This document shows positions 50,858-59,773 of a stretch of 64,000 nucleotides of DNA, piece after piece. Source of the stretch: a virus; the IMG/VR virus record IMGVR_UViG_3300045988_136773; one strand, given 5' to 3'. Positions within the stretch are counted from its first letter, which is position 1; the number at the start of each line of letters is the position of its first letter. Both the position numbers and the translations under genes were made by a program. The notes beneath the pieces were generated by a model. That model worked only from the letters and a program-made list of their open reading frames with translations, was not told where the DNA came from and ran no database searches.

Positions 50858-52108
50858 TCAGTTTTTCGTTTTTGGTAGCTTTACATTATGATATATTATA
50901 AGTCCTACTATTGCAGTTAAACAGAATGATGCTAATATTAAGAAAAATCCAATTCCGAGTATAGATTTCAATTTCACACCATCTTCAATGATGAATGTTT
51001 GAAATAGATGTTTTAAATCTATAAACGTGACAACTTCTCCGATGATGCCTATTATAGGAGCTCCTACAGCAATGTACTTTTTGTATTTACCTAATGGTTT
51101 TATATAATTCATGATGATGATTAGTATTGGAACTAAAAATATGAGTATGCTGAAAATCGACTTGTTATCCCCTAATTTAAGTTCTTTTATTCCAACTAAA
51201 GTACTAAATACACTTGCAGTAATTCTATTTCCAGTATCTTCTGCGGACTTAGCATAAAAACTTGCAAACGGAAAAAATGTAAATACTAGAGTTATTATTG
51301 AACATATCGTCATAATGTGATTTCTGACAAATTTGTTTTTTATCGGGATATTTTCAAAATTTTCATCATGTGGTTGTGCGGCAGCAGCAGATTTTAATGT
51401 ATTAACTGCTTTTGATGCTATGTGACTTATGGATTGTGACGCTTCAGATCCTGATACTACATACTGATTTGAATTTGATTCCGCAGGCTTAGATACTGGA
51501 TTTGATGCAACTTGTATATGATTAGATTTATTTTGCATCTTTGCAATTTCCGTATCACGATATAACACATCAACGCTATTTGGGCAGCTGTCGATTAACA
51601 ATTGCATAAATTCAAGGTTTCCAATGAAATATACTTCGTAAATATCTGTACCAATGTAATCTGTAAGCTCTTGAAAAATTCCCTTCCACTGCAAATCCCT
51701 GATTTGAATTGAGTTTATCCATTCGTCAATTGATCGATTTTGAATTCTAGTCGTATCGAATGCATGTCCATTTATAGTAATTTTAGTTACAAATGGATTT
51801 TCGCTATACAGAATTGTTACTGTGTTATTTGAACTTATAAGATTTACAGGTGAATCTTTCAGTGCATATTTCACCATTTCAAATGATGCGGCATCACTTT
51901 CAAACAACAGTGTATAATCAGGTTTTCCGGTAAATGACCTTAATTCTTCATATAGGCCTTTCCATTTTACTCCCTTTGAACTCAATGGAAATAGCCATTG
52001 TTCTATCGGGAAATCTCTGATACATTTTGTATCAAGTGTTTTATCATCATAAGATATTTTCAGTGTATCTTTTTCTCTATCGTACACTATCTTTACAATA
52101 GGTTTCAT
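50858..52108 (-). CDS. membrane protein with a tandem-duplicated cytoplasmic domain and about 4 C-terminal TM helices
   Basis: Two roughly 95-aa repeats (...IEQWLFPLSSKGVKWKGLYEELRSFTG... / ...IDEWINSIQIRDLQWKGIFQELTDYIG...). Hydrophobic C-terminal third. Confidence 0.6.
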   Translation of the reverse strand: MKPIVKIVYDREKDTLKISYDDKTLDTKCIRDFPIEQWLFPLSSKGVKWKGLYEELRSFTGKPDYTLLFESDAASFEMVKYALKDSPVNLISSNNTVTILYSENPFVTKITINGHAFDTTRIQNRSIDEWINSIQIRDLQWKGIFQELTDYIGTDIYEVYFIGNLEFMQLLIDSCPNSVDVLYRDTEIAKMQNKSNHIQVASNPVSKPAESNSNQYVVSGSEASQSISHIASKAVNTLKSAAAAQPHDENFENIPIKNKFVRNHIMTICSIITLVFTFFPFASFYAKSAEDTGNRITASVFSTLVGIKELKLGDNKSIFSILIFLVPILIIIMNYIKPLGKYKKYIAVGAPIIGIIGEVVTFIDLKHLFQTFIIEDGVKLKSILGIGFFLILASFCLTAIVGLIIYHNVKLPKTKN

Positions 52109-52121
52109 AGTTTTGTCACCT

Positions 52122-53117
52122 CTATACAGTAAATGTCTTTGCGATTTTATTCTGAATATCCATAGAAAACATAGGAATCTGTATATTCAACAGTTCGTCT
52201 AAATCAAGTTTTGCAATAGTTACTCCAGATTTGCAATTGTTCAGTTCATACTGTCCACATTCGCTTTCTAAAAATGCCTTTACATAATATGGATTTACCT
52301 TGTCTGCGTCTAGTTCTAAAACATACATTCTTCCAACAGCGATTACATTTGCATCTTCAAAGTCGGCAATCTGCGTTTTTGATGTATCTCCGAATTTGGG
52401 AATAATCAAACTCTTATTCGGAATTTTATGATTTAGATAAGAATCTGATTCTTTTAGATATTTGAGTGCAGATGTTTTAGCGTTCGAATTGAGATCATTA
52501 GTGCTAAACGCATACATACTTGTTTCAGATTTAGATATTGCATTTTTCAAGTCTGTTGGATTCATCTCAATTCCACAAATCACTTTCTTTGTAATGCTTT
52601 TGAGTGTCACAGGATTTTCAAAGTTCAAGTTGTGATCGAAATAGCGTACAGGATATAACTGATAGTTTAATGATATGATTTCATCTTTGGATACACAGCG
52701 GCTTATATCTGTATTCGATTTGCATGCTGTTGCAATCTTAGAAATATCGTCATCAGACAGAATCTTATGATTTTCGTTTGTATGATAAGCATCTGTAGCA
52801 TCAACCATATACACGCTACCATCAGATTTACCAAGTACGAGCATAGCAATTTGTGCATTTGTTGTATGCAACAAGCCAGGTTTAAGCGATACGACAGCCT
52901 TTAGTCGATTGTTTTCAATCAGATCTTTTCGGACTGTCTGATATGCTTTTCGATCATCAAATACTCCACCGTTCAAAATGAATACAACTGAATTAGTATC
53001 AGCTGTGTTTACTAAATCCGAAATTGTCATGACATCAGTTTGCGTTGATGGCTTTTTAGAAATTGATTCTTCCAATTCCTTCAAAGAATCCGTTAATTTC
53101 AACTTGATTTGTTTCAT
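52122..53117 (-). CDS. catalytic-motif-less N6-MTase C-terminal region fused to one type I S-like target-recognition domain
   Basis: NNRLKAVVSLKPGLLHTTNAQIAMLVLGK...VYMVDATD resembles the post-NPPY part of gamma-class MTases; no AdoMet or NPPY motif seen. C-terminus GVTIAKLDLDELLNIQIPMFSMDIQNKIA resembles the end of an HsdS TRD. Confidence 0.45.
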   Translation of the reverse strand: MKQIKLKLTDSLKELEESISKKPSTQTDVMTISDLVNTADTNSVVFILNGGVFDDRKAYQTVRKDLIENNRLKAVVSLKPGLLHTTNAQIAMLVLGKSDGSVYMVDATDAYHTNENHKILSDDDISKIATACKSNTDISRCVSKDEIISLNYQLYPVRYFDHNLNFENPVTLKSITKKVICGIEMNPTDLKNAISKSETSMYAFSTNDLNSNAKTSALKYLKESDSYLNHKIPNKSLIIPKFGDTSKTQIADFEDANVIAVGRMYVLELDADKVNPYYVKAFLESECGQYELNNCKSGVTIAKLDLDELLNIQIPMFSMDIQNKIAKTFTV

Positions 53118-53260
53118 TTTACGCCCCCCAAATTGGAATAAATAATTTTTACAAATACATTATATCACATTTCACGACATTGTTCTATTTGCAAATTGTA
53201 CAAATTTTAAAGTGTGTACTGTGTGCAATTTGACGAAAATCATATTGATATACGCATCTG

Positions 53261-53773
53261 TCATTTGTTTATTTTACCAAAGATATAGTTTTGAAACTGC
53301 GTATACAAACGAATATCATCATGCTGGACACCGTTCCGCTTATAATTTTGTATACACACTATCTGCTTCTTTGCTGCGGATAATGGAATACTGCATAGTT
53401 TTACAAGCTGATACACATCATCTACGTTGATAGCCGACAAGACTGGAATCGGGGCTAATAGATTTAATCCAAATCGGTATGCTTCTTCATCAGATAGTTG
53501 GATTCCAGTGAATACACGACCTATTTCGCATGCTATTAAAAGCCTTTGATTTTCGATTGAAGTAGAATCATCTATTAATATACACATCTGTCCGTCAATT
53601 TTAATCAACCCACCAATGATATTTATACGATCTTGTCGTTTTGTTATATCACTCAGTTTTATAATCTTCACTTGAAACACTTTGCAAATTTTTCGAAGTT
53701 TAACAGGCAATGCTGTAATATTGCATTGAATTAAGCATGCTGTACTTTGTTCTATCATATTATAAGATTTCAT
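53261..53773 (-). CDS. ImmA/IrrE-like protein with degenerate metal site
   Basis: QRLLIACEIGRVF occupies the position of the family ..AHELGH.. motif (His to Cys, His to Arg). Paired with the upstream XRE gene. Confidence 0.5.
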   Translation of the reverse strand: MKSYNMIEQSTACLIQCNITALPVKLRKICKVFQVKIIKLSDITKRQDRINIIGGLIKIDGQMCILIDDSTSIENQRLLIACEIGRVFTGIQLSDEEAYRFGLNLLAPIPVLSAINVDDVYQLVKLCSIPLSAAKKQIVCIQNYKRNGVQHDDIRLYTQFQNYIFGKINK

Positions 53774-53809
53774 AAGACCACCTCATGAGTATTATGCTGT
53801 AATTCCGCA

Positions 53810-54268
53810 TCAATATTCATCTGATGAATCTTTTGCATTTTTCAAAGCATTTATGTCAATCCCAGACTGCTCAGATTCGCCTGTATTGGCTTTTGTTGCG
53901 GTGTGACTATAGTTTTCCTCTTGGTTTCGTAGCATCGATTCTAGGGAATCCTGACGCTTGTTCTCATACATCTGCTCTAGCCTGCCAATTATTTTTATCT
54001 GATCTCGATCTGAGAATTTTCGATATATGTGCAACACTTCAATTTCATTCTCAGATAGATTATTTTCAGATTCTTTTCCGGTCAGAATATATTCTGGAGA
54101 TGTACCTAGAAACTCTGCGATTGCAACAATTTTATCCGAAGATGGATTTGTTCCGTGTGTTTTCCAGTCAGATATAGCGGCAGTTGAGATTCCTGTGTAC
54201 GCAGCTAGTTCTTTCTGCATCTTCCCTTTCGATTTTAGCAGCTGAAAAATTCTTTGTGAAATTGTCAT
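53810..54268 (-). CDS. XRE-family HTH regulator (ImmR-like)
   Basis: LKSKGKMQKELAAYTGISTAAISDWKTHGTNPSSDKIVAIAEFLGTSPEYILTG. Confidence 0.75.
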   Translation of the reverse strand: MTISQRIFQLLKSKGKMQKELAAYTGISTAAISDWKTHGTNPSSDKIVAIAEFLGTSPEYILTGKESENNLSENEIEVLHIYRKFSDRDQIKIIGRLEQMYENKRQDSLESMLRNQEENYSHTATKANTGESEQSGIDINALKNAKDSSDEY

Positions 54269-54316
54269 AATTCTGTCTCCTCTCTTTTAGATATATTCAC
54301 AAATAATTCAGTAATC

Positions 54317-54340
54317 CGTATTTATGTATTGACAAATACG
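54317..54340. promoter_or_regulatory. inverted repeat operator candidate
   Basis: cgtattt-n10-aaatacg, just upstream of the minus-strand XRE gene. Confidence 0.45.
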
Positions 54341-54507
54341 TATATACGAATTACAATATGAATATAGCAAGTGCTATCAGTAAATATGGCTGATACATAT
54401 AGGGGATTTTTACAGTCGAGTTTTGCAGTATTTCTTATAGTATAATTTTTTCTTGATGATTTGTCAATAGTATCATTCTGTGAAACCGATTTCATATAGT
54501 AAAAATA

Positions 54508-54548
54508 TAGCCTGTACTATTCAGAATCAGCTGACTAGTACAGGCTAT
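54508..54548 (-). terminator. terminator after minus-strand gene 54566..54958
   Basis: Perfect 13-bp stem atagcctgtacta/tagtacaggctat; T-rich run on the minus strand. Confidence 0.65.
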
Positions 54549-54565
54549 GTTTAGTTTATGATGAT

Positions 54566-54958
54566 TTAGCTTCGGAAAGCAGATTTCACTCGATTGACAA
54601 TATAGCTTAACGCTTGACGATATGTCTGGAATTTGTGTCCGCTCACAATGATTTCAAGACTATCGTATTGTAGGTCATCTGGGTTCTTTTCATTCAAATC
54701 ACGGTAATTTTCAAGTTCCCTAGCATAGTATTCATTTCTAGCATCAAATCTATCCCAATTTTTATTATTGCCCTTATGCTTTGTCAGACGATGATCTGAA
54801 ATTCTAAGATTTAGAATGATTTTCACATTCAGTGCCTCATACTCATCCTCTTTGCAGAGTACAAAATAACATGACTTACTATTATTTCGGTTACTGAAAT
54901 TCGAACCTTCTAATGTTTCAAAGCCAATAGCTTTTAGATTAATTGCAACAGAATTCAT
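54566..54958 (-). CDS. hypothetical protein (start uncertain)
   Basis: ORF-track frame. The Val-rich N-terminus of the 204-aa ORF is antisense to the Thr-rich linker of the plus-strand gene, so the first internal ATG (54958) is preferred. Confidence 0.45.
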   Translation of the reverse strand: MNSVAINLKAIGFETLEGSNFSNRNNSKSCYFVLCKEDEYEALNVKIILNLRISDHRLTKHKGNNKNWDRFDARNEYYARELENYRDLNEKNPDDLQYDSLEIIVSGHKFQTYRQALSYIVNRVKSAFRS

Positions 54959-55028
54959 GAATGCGTAGTAATGCTCTTCTGCGGTTTCTTCTATTACATC
55001 GTCTAATTCAGAATCTGTCAAATTTGGA

Positions 55029-55865
55029 TTGAATGCTGCCGTAATGCCATCGTTGAATGAGTATATGAGAACAGTTGTGGCAGCTGAATTGACTACCACA
55101 CAGGTAACTACTACAGAAACAACCAGTATGACTACTACAACCGCAGAAACTACTACAACAAATCTCATTGACTTAAACAATTATATTGGTTTTTGGCATA
55201 GCTCTGATTTTGGAAACGCTAGAGAATTAACAATATCAAACGTATCTGACAAAACACTAGTGTTTACTCTATGGTACTATCGTTTAAGCTCAATTGATGA
55301 TGTTTCAGCATTGATAGAAGGTAATATTGCTAAGTTTGATACTGGAGATGTGAGTGGATATTTAAAATTTGATGAATCTGCTATAACTGTTGTAATTGAA
55401 AGATCATCATTGGCTTACATGAATGCAGAACAAGTGAAATTTGATGGTAAACATAATCAATCATGGGAAAATGGATCGCCTGATGATACAACTACTGAGG
55501 CTGACACATTTATGCCGTATGAAATCCAAATCAAAAATCCAAAATTAAACATATATGATAAACCAAGCTATAGTGGCAATATCGTAGGAACAATTACAGA
55601 TCAACAATACTACACCATTGTCGAAGAGTACATGGAACCAGGTCATACTTCAAATTTAGATGTTTGGGGAAAATTGAAATCTGGAATGGGCTGGATAAAC
55701 CTATATGATGCTGAACTAGAGGAAGATTCTAGTTACATGGATGAATCTGCAAATGTTTATTGCCCAAGCTGCGGTTATGGATGGTTTACAACTGGCGTTG
55801 GCGATGATGGGTTCACTTGTCCTAGTTGTGGATTTAAATGGAATCCATATGTATATGGATTTTGA
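55029..55865 (+). CDS. Thr-rich-linker protein with SH3b-like domain and C-terminal zinc ribbon (start uncertain)
   Basis: TTTQVTTTETTSMTTTTAETTTT linker; SH3_3-like YDKPSYSGNIVGTITDQQYYTIVEE...WGKLKSGMGWINLYD; CPSCG...CPSCG. Confidence 0.55.
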   Translation: MNAAVMPSLNEYMRTVVAAELTTTQVTTTETTSMTTTTAETTTTNLIDLNNYIGFWHSSDFGNARELTISNVSDKTLVFTLWYYRLSSIDDVSALIEGNIAKFDTGDVSGYLKFDESAITVVIERSSLAYMNAEQVKFDGKHNQSWENGSPDDTTTEADTFMPYEIQIKNPKLNIYDKPSYSGNIVGTITDQQYYTIVEEYMEPGHTSNLDVWGKLKSGMGWINLYDAELEEDSSYMDESANVYCPSCGYGWFTTGVGDDGFTCPSCGFKWNPYVYGF

Positions 55866-55884
55866 TTAATTTAATACTTGAAGT

Positions 55885-55928
55885 AAAAGCCACATATATC
55901 ATGCATTTGTATGATATATGTGGCTTTT
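55885..55928. terminator. bidirectional terminator between convergent genes
   Basis: 18-bp stem aaaagccacatatatcat/atgatatatgtggctttt. Confidence 0.7.
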
Positions 55929-55929
55929 C

Positions 55930-56307
55930 TTATTTCAGTGCAGGCGTTAATGAGAAATCACGTCTATATAATTCGTAATCCCCAGGTTGCAGTGCATCTG
56001 GATCAACTCTGGCTTTGTAATAGTCACAACAGTCGATAGCAACCTTGCTGTTCATAGCGTAAAAATTGTAGAACTGGGCATCTGTGTAAATGTGCTGTAT
56101 ACCAGCCCATGTCACGACTGATTTGTATCTCAATTCCCGTCGTAGAGGTGGACCATCAAGATAGCATTCACGGTATGTGACTATGCCGTAATCTTGGTAA
56201 TGATCTTCTTTGTAAGTGTATTCAGATGCAGGTGTGCTAACACAGCCACCACATAGCAATATAGTGCTGGTTGTGAGCGTATAAACAAAATACCTGAAGA
56301 ATTTCAT
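55930..56307 (-). CDS. lipoprotein
   Basis: MKFFRYFVYTLTTSTILLCGGC signal peptide with lipobox. Confidence 0.65.
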   Translation of the reverse strand: MKFFRYFVYTLTTSTILLCGGCVSTPASEYTYKEDHYQDYGIVTYRECYLDGPPLRRELRYKSVVTWAGIQHIYTDAQFYNFYAMNSKVAIDCCDYYKARVDPDALQPGDYELYRRDFSLTPALK

Positions 56308-56443
56308 AATATCGCATCCTAACAAGACTATCCTCATCTAGAGGGTGGTCTTTTTTTTGTTTTAATATTAACTCCTGCCATGTTTTAGTGCCTACTAATA
56401 GACTGGAAATCTATTAGCATGAAAAATAGCTTTTTGCAATCAT

Positions 56444-56479
56444 TATAGTAAGTAGGGGTAATATAGTAAGTAGGGGTAA
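56444..56479. repeat. perfect tandem duplication, 2 x 18 bp (tatagtaagtaggggtaa)
   Basis: Read directly: 56444-61 is identical to 56462-79. Confidence 0.9.
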
Positions 56480-56498
56480 TTATCAATGATTCAACAAG

Positions 56499-57275
56499 TC
56501 ATGCATCAATGTCTACCCCAAGTTCTTGTAAGAGTCGTTTTTCACCAAATGGAGTAATCAGTGTCTGCGTGTACAGCAAATAGCCGGTTTCTGAAAGCCG
56601 ACGCTTTACGACAAACCACCCTGCATTTGCATACTTCTCGGTAGGGTAATTTCTGTGATCTCTGTCACTGTACAGAAATCCGTTTTCTCTCAACCATGCA
56701 AACATGCCCTTACGCCCAAATGTTACGCCGTAGTAATCCCTCAGCTTTCTGGTAAATGTGTAAACGTCAATTCCAATTGGTTCAAACGATTTAGAATTAT
56801 CAGATTTAGCATCATACGTTTTGGCATCTGACTTGAACGTCTTGCACGTTTCCAATTGTCTGGTCATGCTCTGAATCGTATCTGATTGTGATTTGATGAT
56901 GTCGTACAAGTATTTTACATCTGGTGCTGTAGATTCATTTAGGATACGACTTCGAATGTCTGGAAGTACTTCTGACGTAATCCAACGCTTGAATAGAAGT
57001 CTGCTGTACAAGTCACTGAAGTTGACAAGACTGTAGAAGCCACCCTCATTGATGACTGGCACGGGTTGAATCTCGCCACCAATATTACAATTCACCATGC
57101 ACTTATCCCCACAATCTACATGCTTGACCATGGCTTCTCTTGGGTTGCTGTATCCGAGTGCAGTTGCAATATCTTTTGTGAAGAAGTATGGTGTGCTATT
57201 GATGATCAATGTGCGAACTTCTCCGAAATGCTCGTTAGAGTAATGTGTGACTGCATATGTAGTTTCTTTCATCAT
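56499..57275 (-). CDS. Bro-N domain protein with C-terminal antirepressor-like domain
   Basis: FGEVRTLIINSTPYFFTKDIATALGY (Bro-N). Start moved to ATG 57275, after gaaagga. Confidence 0.7.
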   Translation of the reverse strand: MMKETTYAVTHYSNEHFGEVRTLIINSTPYFFTKDIATALGYSNPREAMVKHVDCGDKCMVNCNIGGEIQPVPVINEGGFYSLVNFSDLYSRLLFKRWITSEVLPDIRSRILNESTAPDVKYLYDIIKSQSDTIQSMTRQLETCKTFKSDAKTYDAKSDNSKSFEPIGIDVYTFTRKLRDYYGVTFGRKGMFAWLRENGFLYSDRDHRNYPTEKYANAGWFVVKRRLSETGYLLYTQTLITPFGEKRLLQELGVDIDA

Positions 57276-57330
57276 AATTTTCCTTTCAGATTTTTGACTA
57301 TCAACTTTTGTTTCGCAGTGTGCGTTTTTG

Positions 57331-57349
57331 CTTCTAAAACATATAACGA
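57331..57349 (-). promoter_or_regulatory. phage promoter-like motif, copy 10 (tcgttatatgttttagaag, minus strand)
   Basis: 56 nt upstream of start 57275. Confidence 0.5.
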
Positions 57350-57545
57350 GGGACACCGCAAGAAGTGAAAATATGGTGATGGATTTTCAAGTGTTCAGTA
57401 CAGTTTGCATGATGATTCAAGCATTACGAACACGGGGCATGGAATCTGTTTATGACTTAAACATGATTTAAAATCCATATTATAGTCACAGCGAATATGA
57501 GAATATGCTACTCAAACTATGCAAATTAGACGTTTAGCTAGTCAT

Positions 57546-57703
57546 AAATTTGCAATTTAGCGAGTTTTTCAAGATTTTTGAAAAGTCAAATTGCAAATTT
57601 TCACACCGTTAAATTGAAAATATCGTGCAGAGATTCAGGTATATACTATATTATATAATAATAAAATATAATAAAATATAATAAAACCTCTCTAATAAAA
57701 CCT
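57546..57703. repeat. putative replication origin: 13-bp inverted repeat pair plus AT-rich iterons
   Basis: aaatttgcaattt (57546-58) and aaattgcaaattt (57588-600). About 3 tandem 10-nt units tataataaaa (57656-86). taataaaacc occurs twice. Confidence 0.45.
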
Positions 57704-57791
57704 AATGAAATTTAAGGGAGATTAGAATTGGGGGCAATTTCCTTAAACAATGAACAAAATAGATTTTTTATGAAAGCCGATTTTGAGTTCA

Positions 57792-57811
57792 TCGTTAGGG
57801 TTTAATGTCAG
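57792..57811 (+). promoter_or_regulatory. phage promoter-like motif, copy 11, weaker (tcgttagggtttaatgtcag)
   Basis: 45 nt upstream of ATG 57856. Confidence 0.35.
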
Positions 57812-57855
57812 GGTGATGCCCTACAAATCCACAAAACAGATATGGAGGAATATCT

Positions 57856-58653
57856 ATGAGACGAATTGAAAGTGCAGTTGCAAGTGCAGATCGAGTACTA
57901 GCTTATGCCAAAGAGCAAGCAAATAAAAAATCGACAACCATGTATGACAACACAATGGATCAAACTGCACACATCATCAAAGCCTGTGATGAAGCAATTA
58001 AAATCCTAACCAGACGGATGACTTCTGCTATACCGAGAAACTATGTACCTGATACACAGGATAAACCGTCCTTTTCTAGAATCAATCACTTGTATGCAAA
58101 AACACTCGACGCATTTCAGTATTACCCGATACCAATTCCAGCAATTTCTCAGTGTGCTTATTATCTTTCCAGATGGTTTCATATCCGGATTTTGACTAAG
58201 TATACAGGTAAAGATTTAAAACTCCACTGCAAGTATTATCGGAATTTAATCCCATCATTAGTAATTTCTTATGGATATTATCTAGAGCATGGGCAACTTA
58301 ATGCGTTTCATGATGCATTTCAGAAATTTGAATCTGATTTGAAATCTGGGGATTGCAGATATGCACTTCCGTTTAATGCATTTCAGATTGCCAAGTCCAA
58401 CGCAGGACTATACGGTAATTTTGCTTCTCAGCTGATTTTTGACTACCTGTGGGACTATGGTTTGGATCGCCTTTCATTTTGTGAACCTAAGTATGATTCA
58501 AACTTTCGGGCGTGCGGATTGCGAAAAAATATCATAACTGAGAAACTTATGGATTCAAATATCCCTGAACTAGATGCATACGATGGTGATTATGAGTCAA
58601 ATCTTTCGTATCTTAGTCAGTTTTCAGTTGTTGGAGGAGAGTTGAGTGAGTAA
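57856..58653 (+). CDS. hypothetical protein (replication-module neighbour)
   Basis: ORF track; RBS tggagga. Confidence 0.6.
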   Translation: MRRIESAVASADRVLAYAKEQANKKSTTMYDNTMDQTAHIIKACDEAIKILTRRMTSAIPRNYVPDTQDKPSFSRINHLYAKTLDAFQYYPIPIPAISQCAYYLSRWFHIRILTKYTGKDLKLHCKYYRNLIPSLVISYGYYLEHGQLNAFHDAFQKFESDLKSGDCRYALPFNAFQIAKSNAGLYGNFASQLIFDYLWDYGLDRLSFCEPKYDSNFRACGLRKNIITEKLMDSNIPELDAYDGDYESNLSYLSQFSVVGGELSE

Positions 58654-59773
58654 GATTAAGTTTACACAGATTCCAGATAAGTTCAAGTATCCGGCAAAGT
58701 GTAAAGGTGCTTTATCTACAAAGCATTCTGAGATTGTGACCTATGTTGTTGACCACTTTCGGAATTCTATAAAATACAAAAACCAAGTTATAACTGCTCT
58801 GAACACAGCGAGTTATTATGCAGTTTCTGATGACACCTGGCCAGAATCATGGAATTTGAATGATCCCTTTCAGTCTATGCCAGTTGTTCCAGACGACTCC
58901 ATATTCGACGTGTTGGGTAGCTTGTATTTAAATCTTGCAGATATCGAATGGGATGTTGTAGAATCCAATTCTTCAATTGATTTCCAGGAAACAATAGAAT
59001 CGACATCATCAATGGTGACTTGTAAATCTAGCACCATGCGTCAAGCAACACCGACACCGAAAGAAGATCTGTATATTCGACCACCAATGATTCCACAATT
59101 CGACGTAACAAAACCGTGGTTGCAGGAAGTTGTAAATGGTCAGGAGTATGTGATTTATACATCCCTTCCAGTTATTCCAGAAAATCAAAGTCAGATCTCA
59201 GTGACTACAGATATCTCGAAAATGAAATCATCCGATTTGCTTAATCTGTTTCCAAACCGCTGTATACATACTAGAGCCGCTGTTATGTATGAGCCATATG
59301 GTGATCTTGCTTTTGATGAGAACCTTGGGGTTATATTTCCAATCGAAGGATTTACACATGATGAAGTGAGAGATAACATTATCCGATATCCCCACCTGTA
59401 CAAGCTAATGCGTGTTGTTGATGGAAAATTTGTAAGCTTCTACCAAAATATAGAACTAAACGGAGAGCTGCATGACGTTTTGCAGGTGTGGAATGAGCTT
59501 CCAGACAGCAAGTACATCCCAAAGTCCACGGAATACATCAAGGAATATGTTGTACGGCGTTTCCTACTTGAACGTGACAAATTACATACCCAAACTAAAT
59601 GGGCGTTATACGGGACGCTAGAGCCATTTCTGACGCTTTTCATGGAATCCGAAAAATATGCCACTTATGGCTATGCAGATTCTTTAGCTCTTGCATCTCA
59701 ATGTGTAAAATCTCGTGTTTCATATAAACAATCTAGAAATCCAATTTTGAGGGCGGTGAACTACGCTAAATGA
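58646..59773 (+). CDS. hypothetical protein (replication-module neighbour)
   Basis: ORF track; GTG start follows ggaggag. Confidence 0.6.
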   Translation: MSKIKFTQIPDKFKYPAKCKGALSTKHSEIVTYVVDHFRNSIKYKNQVITALNTASYYAVSDDTWPESWNLNDPFQSMPVVPDDSIFDVLGSLYLNLADIEWDVVESNSSIDFQETIESTSSMVTCKSSTMRQATPTPKEDLYIRPPMIPQFDVTKPWLQEVVNGQEYVIYTSLPVIPENQSQISVTTDISKMKSSDLLNLFPNRCIHTRAAVMYEPYGDLAFDENLGVIFPIEGFTHDEVRDNIIRYPHLYKLMRVVDGKFVSFYQNIELNGELHDVLQVWNELPDSKYIPKSTEYIKEYVVRRFLLERDKLHTQTKWALYGTLEPFLTLFMESEKYATYGYADSLALASQCVKSRVSYKQSRNPILRAVNYAK

